64,000 bases of DNA from a virus: positions 9,981 to 73,980 of the IMG/VR virus record IMGVR_UViG_3300043754_000046. One strand, written 5' to 3'. Positions 1 to 7,770 of this stretch are shown piece by piece. A program made the translations under genes and the position numbers. Below the pieces are notes generated by a model. It ran no database searches and was not told the origin of the DNA. It saw only the letters and a program-made list of their open reading frames with translations. Within the stretch, counting starts at the first letter, position 1. Each line of letters begins with the position of its first letter.

Positions 1-59
1 GACTCCAGGAGCTCGCCAAACGCATTGATCTCGCAACCACCATAAAAGAGTTGGAGCAT
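1..59 (-). CDS. Partial CDS running off the left edge (MLQLFYGGCEINAFGELLE...)
   Basis: ATG at 59-57 overlaps the TGA of the upstream gene (TGATG coupling); frame is open to position 1. Only 19 residues are visible. Confidence 0.6.
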   Translation of the reverse strand, partial: MLQLFYGGCEINAFGELLE

Positions 60-550
60 CAGTCGTCCAGATCCTTCAGTCGGTTGTCACGGGCCTTGGC
101 AGAACGCTGGCGGTCGACCTCCTTGACGATGTCGTCCCAGGGACGCGGTTCCTTCTTGGCGTCGGGATGCCAGCGGTCCATGAGGTACTGGGGTGAGGCG
201 TAGAACATCACGTTGTATCCAGCCCGGATTTCTTCCGCTGCACAGGTGGGGTCGGGCTCGACCACGAGGTCCACGCCCATCTGATTACGAATCCCGGCCA
301 ATAGCTTTAGACGGCCTTCTGCTACTGTCCTGGGCGCAAAATCGGCTGGGGGGGTATAGACGCTTGTGTGCCCGGCGATTCCATGTACGTCCAGCCAGTG
401 CTGAAGTCTCTTGTCCTCGGAATCATTCAGCAGGACCACCCGGAAATGCTCTTTGAGTCCCTCGAATACGGACACAGCAAGCCGATCGACGGCATCGTGG
501 TTGTGAGCGAGACGGAGGACGCCGTCGACGTAGACGACGGCAGTTCTCAC
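59..550 (-). CDS. HAD-superfamily-like protein with degenerate motif I
   Basis: N-terminal VVYVDGVL resembles HAD motif I (hhhDxDGxL) but lacks the first Asp; start overlaps the stop of the nucleotidyltransferase gene. Confidence 0.55.
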   Translation of the reverse strand: MRTAVVYVDGVLRLAHNHDAVDRLAVSVFEGLKEHFRVVLLNDSEDKRLQHWLDVHGIAGHTSVYTPPADFAPRTVAEGRLKLLAGIRNQMGVDLVVEPDPTCAAEEIRAGYNVMFYASPQYLMDRWHPDAKKEPRPWDDIVKEVDRQRSAKARDNRLKDLDD

Positions 551-1533
551 CGCATATCCCTGTGGGCCATAGCAGCTCGCGTGATCATCTCGTCGGCCGT
601 TGCGAGCGGGGCGCTGTAGGTGGCCGTCTGCGCGGCTTCGATTGCCTGCTTCCTGGCACGCTCAATAGCACCGAGGACGGACACCAGGCCGTGCTTTTTG
701 GCGGCTTGCCAGCGGTAGTTGTGGTAGTCGCTGTACCCGTGGCCGTTGGGCTGGAAGGCCGCGCGCCGTCCCTGGTGGATGTCCTCCAGAAGATCGGCGG
801 CGGCTTTGGTCTGCCCCTCAATCAGCGTCATCCAGTTGAGCCACTCAGCCGTGTGCTGATTCGGAAGGCGTTCCAGCAGTATCTGGATGGCGAGCGTGTG
901 TTCCTTGGCCTTGAGGCTGTCGATGGCAGCGAAGTGGTCCCAGTCGTGGGGCCACGTCTCGTTCTCACCGAAGGGCATCACACTCGGGCGGACGTCCCAG
1001 GTGTCATGCGTGAGGTTGTAGGCGGCGTAGGGGTGGATGACCTTCAGGTCGTCGCTGACAGCCTGGTTGACGAAGAAGGTGGCCTCGAAGACCTTCCCCC
1101 CGAGGTTCGTCTTCTCGGTGCGTGGCCACAGATCGCTTCGGAGCTCGTTGTCCAGGTAGTTGGTCATGGCCTCGGGTGCTTGCCAGTTCCAGTCTGGGTT
1201 GCACCGGTAGAACTTGGGCCAGTCGATGCCCATAAGGACGTCGAGATCTCCGTTTCCCCGATTTCCTGCCCACTGGTAGCTCACACCGGAACCGGCGATC
1301 CACACGACTGTCCAGTCCTCGGGCCTCTTGTACCCCTTGCTCGTCCAGAAGCGAAAGAGGGTATTCACGAGGTACCGGCGTATCTCGGGCTTGATGTGGT
1401 CGCCCTCGAATAGGGCGGGATCGAGGTGATCTGATGGGGCGTCGAAGTATCCCGATGCGCCAGCGCTGAAGTCGGGTATATCGGCTTGCCGGAGAGCCTT
1501 CTCCAGAGCGGCGAGGTAAGTACTGGTTGCCAT
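547..1533 (-). CDS. Pol-beta-superfamily nucleotidyltransferase
   Basis: WIAGSGVSYQW...GDLDVLMG matches the hG[GS]x(9-13)DhD signature; a later acidic strand (FEATFFV) could supply the third carboxylate. Confidence 0.8.
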   Translation of the reverse strand: MATSTYLAALEKALRQADIPDFSAGASGYFDAPSDHLDPALFEGDHIKPEIRRYLVNTLFRFWTSKGYKRPEDWTVVWIAGSGVSYQWAGNRGNGDLDVLMGIDWPKFYRCNPDWNWQAPEAMTNYLDNELRSDLWPRTEKTNLGGKVFEATFFVNQAVSDDLKVIHPYAAYNLTHDTWDVRPSVMPFGENETWPHDWDHFAAIDSLKAKEHTLAIQILLERLPNQHTAEWLNWMTLIEGQTKAAADLLEDIHQGRRAAFQPNGHGYSDYHNYRWQAAKKHGLVSVLGAIERARKQAIEAAQTATYSAPLATADEMITRAAMAHRDMR

Positions 1534-1539
1534 GAGGTC

Positions 1540-1569
1540 AGTCTATGGAAATCCCCTCGCCCGGAGTTA
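1540..1569 (-). promoter_or_regulatory. Putative late promoter A (TAAC-N20-TAGACT), leaderless
   Basis: Minus strand TAACTCCGGGCGAGGGGATTTCCA-TAGACT-GACCTC-ATG; 6 nt separate the -10 hexamer from the ATG at 1533, with no Shine-Dalgarno. Confidence 0.65.
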
Positions 1570-1591
1570 TCCGTCACAGGCGAGGGGATTT
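1549..1591 (-). terminator. Inverted repeat, putative terminator overlapping promoter A
   Basis: 13-bp arms AAATCCCCTCGCC / GGCGAGGGGATTT downstream of the Cys-rich ORF. Confidence 0.5.
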
Positions 1592-1621
1592 CTAACCATC
1601 CGGCGGTAGCGAGCGCCGGAG

Positions 1622-1792
1622 TCAGTAGGGCTTTCCGCAAACGCAGACCTGACCCTTGTGGCATCGGCAGGGGCAGCAGATGGGGATGCAGCCGTTGCAG
1701 AGGTCGTCGCCACACAATTCGAGGTAGAAGCCCCAGCAATTCGAGTCGCAGCCCAGAAAGTCATGCTCCTCTTCAGCCGTCTCAACTACCAT
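1622..1792 (-). CDS. 56-aa Cys-rich microprotein (11 Cys), absent from the ORF track
   Basis: MVVETAEEEHDFLGCDSNCWGFYLELCGDDLCNGCIPICCPCRCHKGQVCVCGKPY; ATG overlaps the upstream TGA (TGATG). Confidence 0.7.
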   Translation of the reverse strand: MVVETAEEEHDFLGCDSNCWGFYLELCGDDLCNGCIPICCPCRCHKGQVCVCGKPY

Positions 1793-2100
1793 CAGAACTT
1801 CAGGTTCTCCATGAGCTGCCGGTTCGCGGCAGCTTCCTGGGCAGCCATCGCGGTGCGCGCGAGTTCCATCTGCACGACCTGGGCCGTCTTCATGGCCTGG
1901 ATGTCCTCGCCGACCTTGTAGCAGGCCATCTGCATGTCATCGACCGTCGCCTCCCGAAGTGGCTTGATCGACTGGTCTATGTTCGGGCTTGCCTGGATCA
2001 TGCCCCCGCCTCGGATGACAACGAGGAAGGCGGTCTCTACCTCTACGAGCTCGGGTGCGTCCTTCTTTTCCTTCAGCTCGTTCAGGTCTACAGCTACCAC
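1792..2100 (-). CDS. Hypothetical protein (about 102 aa)
   Basis: C-terminal part of the 1792..2322 ORF; GTG at 2100 follows GGAGAG just after the upstream stop. Confidence 0.7.
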   Translation of the reverse strand: MVAVDLNELKEKKDAPELVEVETAFLVVIRGGGMIQASPNIDQSIKPLREATVDDMQMACYKVGEDIQAMKTAQVVQMELARTAMAAQEAAANRQLMENLKF

Positions 2101-2111
2101 GATCTTCTCTC

Positions 2112-2624
2112 CTACTTGTAGAGTCCGGCCTTCCACCGACGGTCTTCCATGACCTTCGTGTGCACTGGGCAGAATCGGCAGAGCGTGACGTAGTCGCCCG
2201 CCGCCAGCTCGTACTTGCCCATCCCTGCTTCCTTGCGTTCTGCGGAAGTGTCGGGGATGAGGCGCATCTTTTCCGCGTCGTATTCGTTGCAGTCGGGGTT
2301 CCGGAAGTGCTTCTTCCAGCACGCCATGGCGTCTTCACGGAAGGTGTCGCGCTGGTTGTAGAACTCTGGCTCGAAGCCGGTGCTGCCGCCTCCGGCCTTT
2401 GCCTTGAGCTGCCGCAGGATTTCCCTCCGGGTGGAGGGGCTCTCCCAGTGCTGCTTCTCCACCTTCATGAGCTGGCCGATGTGAGTCTGGCCACTGGGCT
2501 CGGTGTGCTTGCGCTGGATGAGCGCTTCGAGTACGTGGTCGTACTTGGGGTCGCCCTGGTAATCGGGGATTTCCTCCAGCGTCCTGCACATGTCGCAACG
2601 GAGGATACGAATCTCTTCTGCCAT
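2112..2624 (-). CDS. Hypothetical Cys-motif protein
   Basis: CDMC near the N-terminus and CRFC near the C-terminus; leaderless start behind promoter B. Confidence 0.75.
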   Translation of the reverse strand: MAEEIRILRCDMCRTLEEIPDYQGDPKYDHVLEALIQRKHTEPSGQTHIGQLMKVEKQHWESPSTRREILRQLKAKAGGGSTGFEPEFYNQRDTFREDAMACWKKHFRNPDCNEYDAEKMRLIPDTSAERKEAGMGKYELAAGDYVTLCRFCPVHTKVMEDRRWKAGLYK

Positions 2625-2630
2625 GTAGGC

Positions 2631-2660
2631 AGCCTATTCAGCGTGGACGGAATCCTGTTA
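2631..2660 (-). promoter_or_regulatory. Putative late promoter B (TAAC-N20-TAGGCT), leaderless
   Basis: TAACAGGATTCCGTCCACGCTGAA-TAGGCT-GCCTAC-ATG(2624). Confidence 0.65.
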
Positions 2661-2891
2661 GCTCAGGATGTGCACGAGGAACCAGGAAGCAAATCCGAGC
2701 CAGACAACCGCAAAAGTGATGCGCCCTGCCTGAGACTTCACCTGGAACCATGCGCGGATGCGCTCGGAGAGAGTGTCACCCGGCTTGCCATTGCTGACGG
2801 CCCAGGCTTCGACACCCGCACAGACGGCCAGAAGACCGCCCCAAATGACATCAGCAGCCTGCATGTGAACTCCCTCACCGACAGCAGTCAC
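2658..2891 (-). CDS. Small membrane protein
   Basis: Two hydrophobic segments (VIWGGLLAVCAGV; ITFAVVWLGFASWFLVHIL); the start may be the downstream ATG (MQAAD). Confidence 0.7.
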   Translation of the reverse strand: MTAVGEGVHMQAADVIWGGLLAVCAGVEAWAVSNGKPGDTLSERIRAWFQVKSQAGRITFAVVWLGFASWFLVHILS

Positions 2892-2903
2892 GCCCGTAGT
2901 TGA

Positions 2904-2933
2904 AGGCTAGGGTTATCGGCCGGGAATCAGTTA
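2904..2933 (-). promoter_or_regulatory. Putative late promoter C (TAAC-N20-TAGCCT)
   Basis: TAACTGATTCCCGGCCGATAACCC-TAGCCT in the intergenic gap. Confidence 0.6.
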
Positions 2934-2935
2934 GC

Positions 2936-3556
2936 TCAGTACCAGCTATGCGCCTGCCAGAACGACCATGCTGCGCAGGGGCTTCCGTAGGTGGCATTCA
3001 TGTAGGAAATGCCCCATCGGACCTGTGTGGCGCCGTTGGTTCGCCAGTCGGCTCCGGCGGAGGCCATCTTGGAGCCCGGAAGTGCCTGCATGAGGCCGTA
3101 GGCACCCGACGAGGGGTTCGTGGCGTAGACGTTCCAGCCGCTTTCGCGCTCCACGATGTTACTGAAGCAGTTGAACTCGGCAGAGCTCAGGATGGAGCGT
3201 GCGTATGCGGCGGGCGATGAAGAGGCCGGTGGAGCGTACGTGTTGTGTGTTGTCGGCGCGGGCCTCGGCGTGGGGTTGGGCTTTGGCTGGGCAACCGCGT
3301 GCGCCGGTGCCGGAGTTGCCGCGCGCGTCGGCTTGGGAGTGACCTTCGGCTTCGGCGAGGGAGTGGGTGCAGAAATACGAACGACGAGCGACTTCTCCGG
3401 ATACTTTTCCAGGAAGGGCTCGTCGTAGGTCGTAGAAGCGGAGTTTGCCGCAGTGGTATGGCTTGGTGCGGGGTCGGCTGCTGCGGGGGCGCTTGCTACG
3501 AGGGTGGTGCCAATCAGTAGGAGTACGCCTGCGCAGAAGGTGGCCTTGCGGTACAT
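2936..3556 (-). CDS. Secreted lytic transglycosylase (SLT/Rpf-like)
   Basis: Signal peptide (MYRKATFCAGVLLLIGTTLVASAPAAA), Pro/Ala/Thr linker, then IVERESGWN...SSGAYGLMQALPGSKM...QVRWGISYMNATYGSPC, the actinobacterial SLT domain. Confidence 0.85.
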   Translation of the reverse strand: MYRKATFCAGVLLLIGTTLVASAPAAADPAPSHTTAANSASTTYDEPFLEKYPEKSLVVRISAPTPSPKPKVTPKPTRAATPAPAHAVAQPKPNPTPRPAPTTHNTYAPPASSSPAAYARSILSSAEFNCFSNIVERESGWNVYATNPSSGAYGLMQALPGSKMASAGADWRTNGATQVRWGISYMNATYGSPCAAWSFWQAHSWY

Positions 3557-3643
3557 GAACGGTCCTTACGCCGGGGACAGGGTCCTCCGACGCGTCCGGA
3601 CCTTGATCCGGCTTTTCGGAACGTGACAAGAACGTAACAGAGC

Positions 3644-4030
3644 TTATGGGCGGATTACAACCGAGGGGCTCTGGAGGTTGTTGACCTGAACTTCGATGCG
3701 GTCAAGCCGACTTGGCAGTGAGTTGCTGTCTGCGGGGTCCAGGCGGTGTTCCAGGCGGTCCACAGCGTCTCTCAGCGAATGCCCGGAATTCGGGACGAGT
3801 TCATGCTCGATGCGCTCCAGGCGGACCATGACGCCCGGCCGTTCGGGGTGCCCAGGCGAAGAGGACACCCCGTTCCAGTCGTCTATGAACTGATCCACCT
3901 TTTGGAGCATGCGCCGTACCCCACGGAAGATTCGCCAGATGACCGCAAATCCGGCGCCGATGGCAGCAAGCGCCGCGCACCAGATGATCACGGCGTTCAT
4001 TACGTTACTGCCAGTGGGGTATATGTTCAT
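3644..4030 (-). CDS. Membrane-anchored lysis-cassette protein (DUF2746-like)
   Basis: Single N-terminal TM helix, then DDWNG...PGVMVRLERIEHEL.PNSG.SLRDAVDRLE, typical of actinophage genes following lysins. Confidence 0.6.
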   Translation of the reverse strand: MNIYPTGSNVMNAVIIWCAALAAIGAGFAVIWRIFRGVRRMLQKVDQFIDDWNGVSSSPGHPERPGVMVRLERIEHELVPNSGHSLRDAVDRLEHRLDPADSNSLPSRLDRIEVQVNNLQSPSVVIRP

Positions 4031-4038
4031 GCCTCGCC

Positions 4039-4896
4039 TCAGATACCCAGCTTCTTCTTAATGGCGGTCACGTCCTTGGCGATCTGCGCGACCCAGGCGT
4101 TGGTTGCGGCGGTGTGTTCACCAAGGGTGTGCATCGCGCCGTCGATCTGGCTCTTGATAGTGGGCTGCGTGGTCGCGTTCCACAGAGACACCAGCATGTT
4201 GTACGCCTGAACGGACTGCCCGTTCCGGTAGGCCCAGACCTGTTCTGCGGTAGAGCTCGGCACGGTTCCTCCTGAGGAAGTAGGGGGTTGGCTCGGAGCC
4301 GGTGCAGGAGTGGACTGGAAGGATAGCGTCCAGTCCTGGAGGGCTTTGGTGCTGGCCAGCGAGCAGTAGTCCTGGTCAATGGATTTGGCTGCGTACTGGT
4401 GGAAGAGCCATTTGGACTGGATTCCGGGCTGCCCTGCCGGGAGTCCGGCCGTCGCGATCCACAGGAAGTCCTGGTAAAAGGAAGTGGTATCGACGTTCGT
4501 CCAGTAGTCGGTGTTCGCGTAGAGCCCGACGGGGTTGTGCGGAAGCTTGCTCTTGACGTACTTGAGCCAGGCGTCCTTGTACTTTGCCTGGTCCGTCTTT
4601 GATACGCCCGCGTTTGCGGAGTCGTACCCTTCCCAGTCCAGGACGGCCATGTCGCCCGGCTTCCATGCCACCTGGCCAAGGAAGTAGTTGGCCTCTGCCT
4701 GGACCGAGTTACCCATGTGGGGGTAGTGGTACCCGCCCCATACGAGCCCGGCTCCCTTCGCCGTGTTGCGCTGGGAGACCCACTGCGGGTTCACATAGGA
4801 AAGACCTTCAGTGACCTTAGTGAAGGCGAATGACAGTCCGTTGGTAGGCGGCGTTGCGCTCTGGTAGCTTGCCCAGTCCTGCCCGTAGATCCCCAT
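4039..4896 (-). CDS. Endolysin, GH25 muramidase
   Basis: GQDWASYQ, FAFTKVTEG, GGYHY, VLDWEG, WLFHQY...IDQD motifs; start corrected to ATG 4896 (GGAG upstream). Confidence 0.85.
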   Translation of the reverse strand: MGIYGQDWASYQSATPPTNGLSFAFTKVTEGLSYVNPQWVSQRNTAKGAGLVWGGYHYPHMGNSVQAEANYFLGQVAWKPGDMAVLDWEGYDSANAGVSKTDQAKYKDAWLKYVKSKLPHNPVGLYANTDYWTNVDTTSFYQDFLWIATAGLPAGQPGIQSKWLFHQYAAKSIDQDYCSLASTKALQDWTLSFQSTPAPAPSQPPTSSGGTVPSSTAEQVWAYRNGQSVQAYNMLVSLWNATTQPTIKSQIDGAMHTLGEHTAATNAWVAQIAKDVTAIKKKLGI

Positions 4897-4918
4897 GTCA
4901 GTCGCTCCTGCTTCTTCC

Positions 4919-5713
4919 TCAGCCGTAAACGAACTTGCAGAGCAGAGCCCAGCCGCGCGGGCCGATGGCGGGGTCGGAGGCGACACCAGCGTTGTTGAAG
5001 TTGTGCTTCTTGTTGAATCCGGATACGGCTGCCTGCGTCTTCGGTCCGTAGTTGTCGGAGTACGGAGCAGACGGGTCCATCCACTGCGTCTGCTTGAGCA
5101 GGTACTGGAGAGTCTTTGCCGAGGGGATGGCCTTGTTGGGGGCTATGCCCGTCGGAAATGCCGGGGCCTTGCGCGGCGGGAAGGTGTTACCCGGAGGAGG
5201 GGGCGGAGTCGTCTGTCCGAGAATCTGAGCCGCGCGGGCGAGAATCTGCGGACGCTGCGCCTTGATGGGATCCCCGGGGCAGTTGGGGTGGTTTCCCCAG
5301 GCGACGCCTCCCATCCCGTGCCAGCCGAGACCGGAGCCATTCGGGTCGTCTGTGCTCTGAAGGGGGACGTTGTACGTCTTGTGGAGCCAGGCGTAGAGCT
5401 GAGCCGCATTCTCCACCTGCGAGGAAGTCAGGGACTGGCCGGAGTAGCCCTCGTTCTCGATGCTCACCCAGTACCAGTTGCCCTGCATTTCGGCCCAGGC
5501 ACGGTCGTCAGTGTCCACGAGCTGCTTCAGGCCACCGGACTTAGGGTTCAGGAAATGCGCGCTGGCCTGTGACGCCGGATTCGTGAACCACGCCTCGGAT
5601 CCTGCTTCAGTGCCCTGCTGGATGTGGAGAACGAGTCCCTTGTGGGCAAGCATCCCGTTCGGGTGCTCGTTGGGCGTCGGGCCGATCCATTCCGTTCCGG
5701 GCATGCGTGCCAT
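4919..5713 (-). CDS. Endolysin, N-acetylmuramoyl-L-alanine amidase with peptidoglycan-binding domain
   Basis: LVLHIQQG, ASAHFL, SIENEG, GWH...HPNCPG zinc-amidase motifs; C-terminal YGPKTQAAVSGF...IGPRGW PG-binding-like domain. Confidence 0.85.
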   Translation of the reverse strand: MARMPGTEWIGPTPNEHPNGMLAHKGLVLHIQQGTEAGSEAWFTNPASQASAHFLNPKSGGLKQLVDTDDRAWAEMQGNWYWVSIENEGYSGQSLTSSQVENAAQLYAWLHKTYNVPLQSTDDPNGSGLGWHGMGGVAWGNHPNCPGDPIKAQRPQILARAAQILGQTTPPPPPGNTFPPRKAPAFPTGIAPNKAIPSAKTLQYLLKQTQWMDPSAPYSDNYGPKTQAAVSGFNKKHNFNNAGVASDPAIGPRGWALLCKFVYG

Positions 5714-6144
5714 TACGCGGTCTCCTCTGTGTTATTCGATATGCCGAAGTGCTGCTTGATGTCTTCGAGGTGCTGCACTGTCACCCTATTCAGCTTCAGG
5801 GAAAGGCCGTTAGTCACGTAATCCTCCTCGGCTCTGAGGCGGTCGTGCTCGGCTTGGCGATTCTGCGAGAGCAGGAGAATCGGCCCCGTAAATCCGGCTT
5901 GGAAGCTGTACACAAGGTTGAGGAGGACCCACGGGTAGGCGTCCCACATCAGGTGCCAGCCGTGGACGGAGTTGAGGATGATCCACGCAATGGTGAAAGC
6001 GGCCTGGCAGATGATGAATGCCCATGAGCCCATGCCGCTCGCCATGCCGTCGGCGACATGGTCGCCAAGGGAGCGTTCGTCATGCCTTGCCACGTTTGCC
6101 GGATGCAGGTGTCCGTCTGTGGGCATGGGGCTGTTCTTGCTCAC
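5713..6144 (-). CDS. DUF1003-like membrane protein
   Basis: MGSWAFII...W..LN...WDAYPWVLLNLVYSFQAGFTGPILLLSQNRQAEHDR is the DUF1003 pattern. Confidence 0.75.
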   Translation of the reverse strand: MSKNSPMPTDGHLHPANVARHDERSLGDHVADGMASGMGSWAFIICQAAFTIAWIILNSVHGWHLMWDAYPWVLLNLVYSFQAGFTGPILLLSQNRQAEHDRLRAEEDYVTNGLSLKLNRVTVQHLEDIKQHFGISNNTEETA

Positions 6145-6617
6145 TCTGTCTTGCCTCCCTTGAGCTTGCTTGCCGGAACGAACTCGGCAGGAGACTGGAC
6201 ACCGGCCTTCTTCAGGCGGACGGCAAGCCAGAGAGGTTCAGGAAGTACGTGGATGCCGTAGTGAGTTCTGTGATGGTTTGAGCACAAAACTTCTAGATTG
6301 GCCGGTCCTTCGACAAAAGCCTGGAAGTCTTCGTCGGAGTCGAAGTGCAGCCCGAGCATCTTTTCCACCTTCTCCGGGTCCACAGAGGAGATCTCGGAGA
6401 ATTCCACGTATGAGTGGTGAAGCTCGGGCTGCCCGCCGCAGAGCTCGTCATCAACGATGCACTTCCACAGTCCCTGCCTCTTGAGCCTGGCCTTGGCCTG
6501 CTCGAAAAGGTGATAGTGAGGGTCCTGCTCGCGCGGGGCGTGGTCCTCAACGTGCTGCTTCAAATGCAGGGTGAGCATCTGGTCGTGCGCCTTGACGACG
6601 CGCTTCTCGTCGGTCAT
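6141..6617 (-). CDS. Hypothetical protein with HNH-like His/Cys pattern
   Basis: C...C...ELHH...NLEVLCSNHHR...GIH arrangement. Confidence 0.5.
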   Translation of the reverse strand: MTDEKRVVKAHDQMLTLHLKQHVEDHAPREQDPHYHLFEQAKARLKRQGLWKCIVDDELCGGQPELHHSYVEFSEISSVDPEKVEKMLGLHFDSDEDFQAFVEGPANLEVLCSNHHRTHYGIHVLPEPLWLAVRLKKAGVQSPAEFVPASKLKGGKTE

Positions 6618-6619
6618 TT

Positions 6620-6865
6620 CTATCCCTGGTGCCGAATCGGGGAGTGGTAGTGAGTGTCGCCCGAACCCATGCGGTGCGTTCCGTCGGGCTGTTCCTTGTA
6701 ACCGCTCTCGATATAGCCGAAGTTGGTCGGGTACAGATCGGCCCGAGCGTCCTGGGTCGTGGTTTCCACGAAGCCGCCACGGTCCCGGTTGAGCTTCTTG
6801 TACGTGCCGTCCGTCATTCCGTCGTTCAGCGAGCCGTTCATGGACCGCTGGGGCGCGTAGGCCAT
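6620..6865 (-). CDS. Small hypothetical protein (81 aa)
   Basis: ATG 6865 after AGGAG; C-terminal part of the 6620..7285 ORF. Confidence 0.65.
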   Translation of the reverse strand: MAYAPQRSMNGSLNDGMTDGTYKKLNRDRGGFVETTTQDARADLYPTNFGYIESGYKEQPDGTHRMGSGDTHYHSPIRHQG

Positions 6866-6873
6866 TTCGACTC

Positions 6874-7098
6874 CTAGATCTTCTTGGTGCCCTTGCCGTT
6901 CTTGCTGCTCTTGCTGAGGCGGTCGGCCCGGTTGGTGAACTGGTGCTGGGCGAGGGCCGGAGCGACGATCGAGGTCACCCGGCGACCAGCGCCCAGTCCC
7001 CCGGCACCGGGCCTGACGGTGAAAGCCACGTTGTCCCCGGCACCGGCCCGCCGTCGGTCGTCGGCACGCTTGGCTGGCTTCACTGCTCGCTTGGACAT
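6874..7098 (-). CDS. Small basic protein (74 aa)
   Basis: Lys/Arg-rich, tightly packed with neighbours; contains ALAQHQF. Confidence 0.65.
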   Translation of the reverse strand: MSKRAVKPAKRADDRRRAGAGDNVAFTVRPGAGGLGAGRRVTSIVAPALAQHQFTNRADRLSKSSKNGKGTKKI

Positions 7099-7101
7099 CG
7101 G

Positions 7102-7590
7102 TCACCACCTCCAGGTGGGTGCGTACTTGGCCAGGTCGGCTGCCTTCAGGGGCTGCGCGGTGCCGGGCGTCGCATTGGATCCGGGCATGCTCGGAACATC
7201 GGCGGGCCTGCCCACAGGAGCCCAGCGCTTCTGGCCGTTGGCCTGGCGGCGCAGGCCGCTCGTCAAGTCCAGCCAGCTCGGCCACTCGTAGGCCTGCCGA
7301 TCGAGCCGCTCGCCCTTGTGCACACCCCGGGTGTAAGGGCGGTCGTAGCGGGTGTTGGCGCCATAGGACTGGAGGAGCTTGTCCTGGTGCCGGTCGTTGG
7401 GTACCGACCCGAGGTAGCCGTCGGGGTACTGGGCCTCCGGTGTCCTGCCGGACATCATCATCCGGCGCTCGTCCAGAATGTTGCGCGCGCCGACCACCGG
7501 GAAACCGCCGCCTCCCCCGCTCACCGTGGAGCCCGGCTGCGCACTGCCCAGTGGGGGCGTGTACGAGAGGGTCGTATTGGTCATGGTCAA
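7102..7590 (-). CDS. Hypothetical protein (162 aa)
   Basis: Start overlaps the upstream stop; contains QYPDGYLG and GVHKGERLD. Confidence 0.7.
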   Translation of the reverse strand: MTMTNTTLSYTPPLGSAQPGSTVSGGGGGFPVVGARNILDERRMMMSGRTPEAQYPDGYLGSVPNDRHQDKLLQSYGANTRYDRPYTRGVHKGERLDRQAYEWPSWLDLTSGLRRQANGQKRWAPVGRPADVPSMPGSNATPGTAQPLKAADLAKYAPTWRW

Positions 7591-7769
7591 CCGCTCCTGG
7601 TGGTGAGCTGGGGCGCGCTGCCCTTGACGGTGATCATGGTGGTGGTCTGGCTGCCGGGGCTTGTGCTGCCGCCCTGACCGTTGGAGGACACCTGGCCCGT
7701 ATTGGCACCTGTCGGCGTCGACGTGTTGGTGCCGAACTGTGCGGGCTGGAGGTTGGCAGAGGCCGTCAT
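7587..7769 (-). CDS. Small Thr/Gly/Ser-rich protein (60 aa)
   Basis: ATG 7769 immediately after the upstream stop; begins MTASANLQPAQF. Confidence 0.55.
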   Translation of the reverse strand: MTASANLQPAQFGTNTSTPTGANTGQVSSNGQGGSTSPGSQTTTMITVKGSAPQLTTRSG

Positions 7770-7770
7770 G

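Noticed and set aside
3557-3643. c-di-AMP (ydaO) riboswitch upstream of the Rpf-like gene
   Set aside because: The gap is only about 87 nt and I could not find the characteristic conserved segments.
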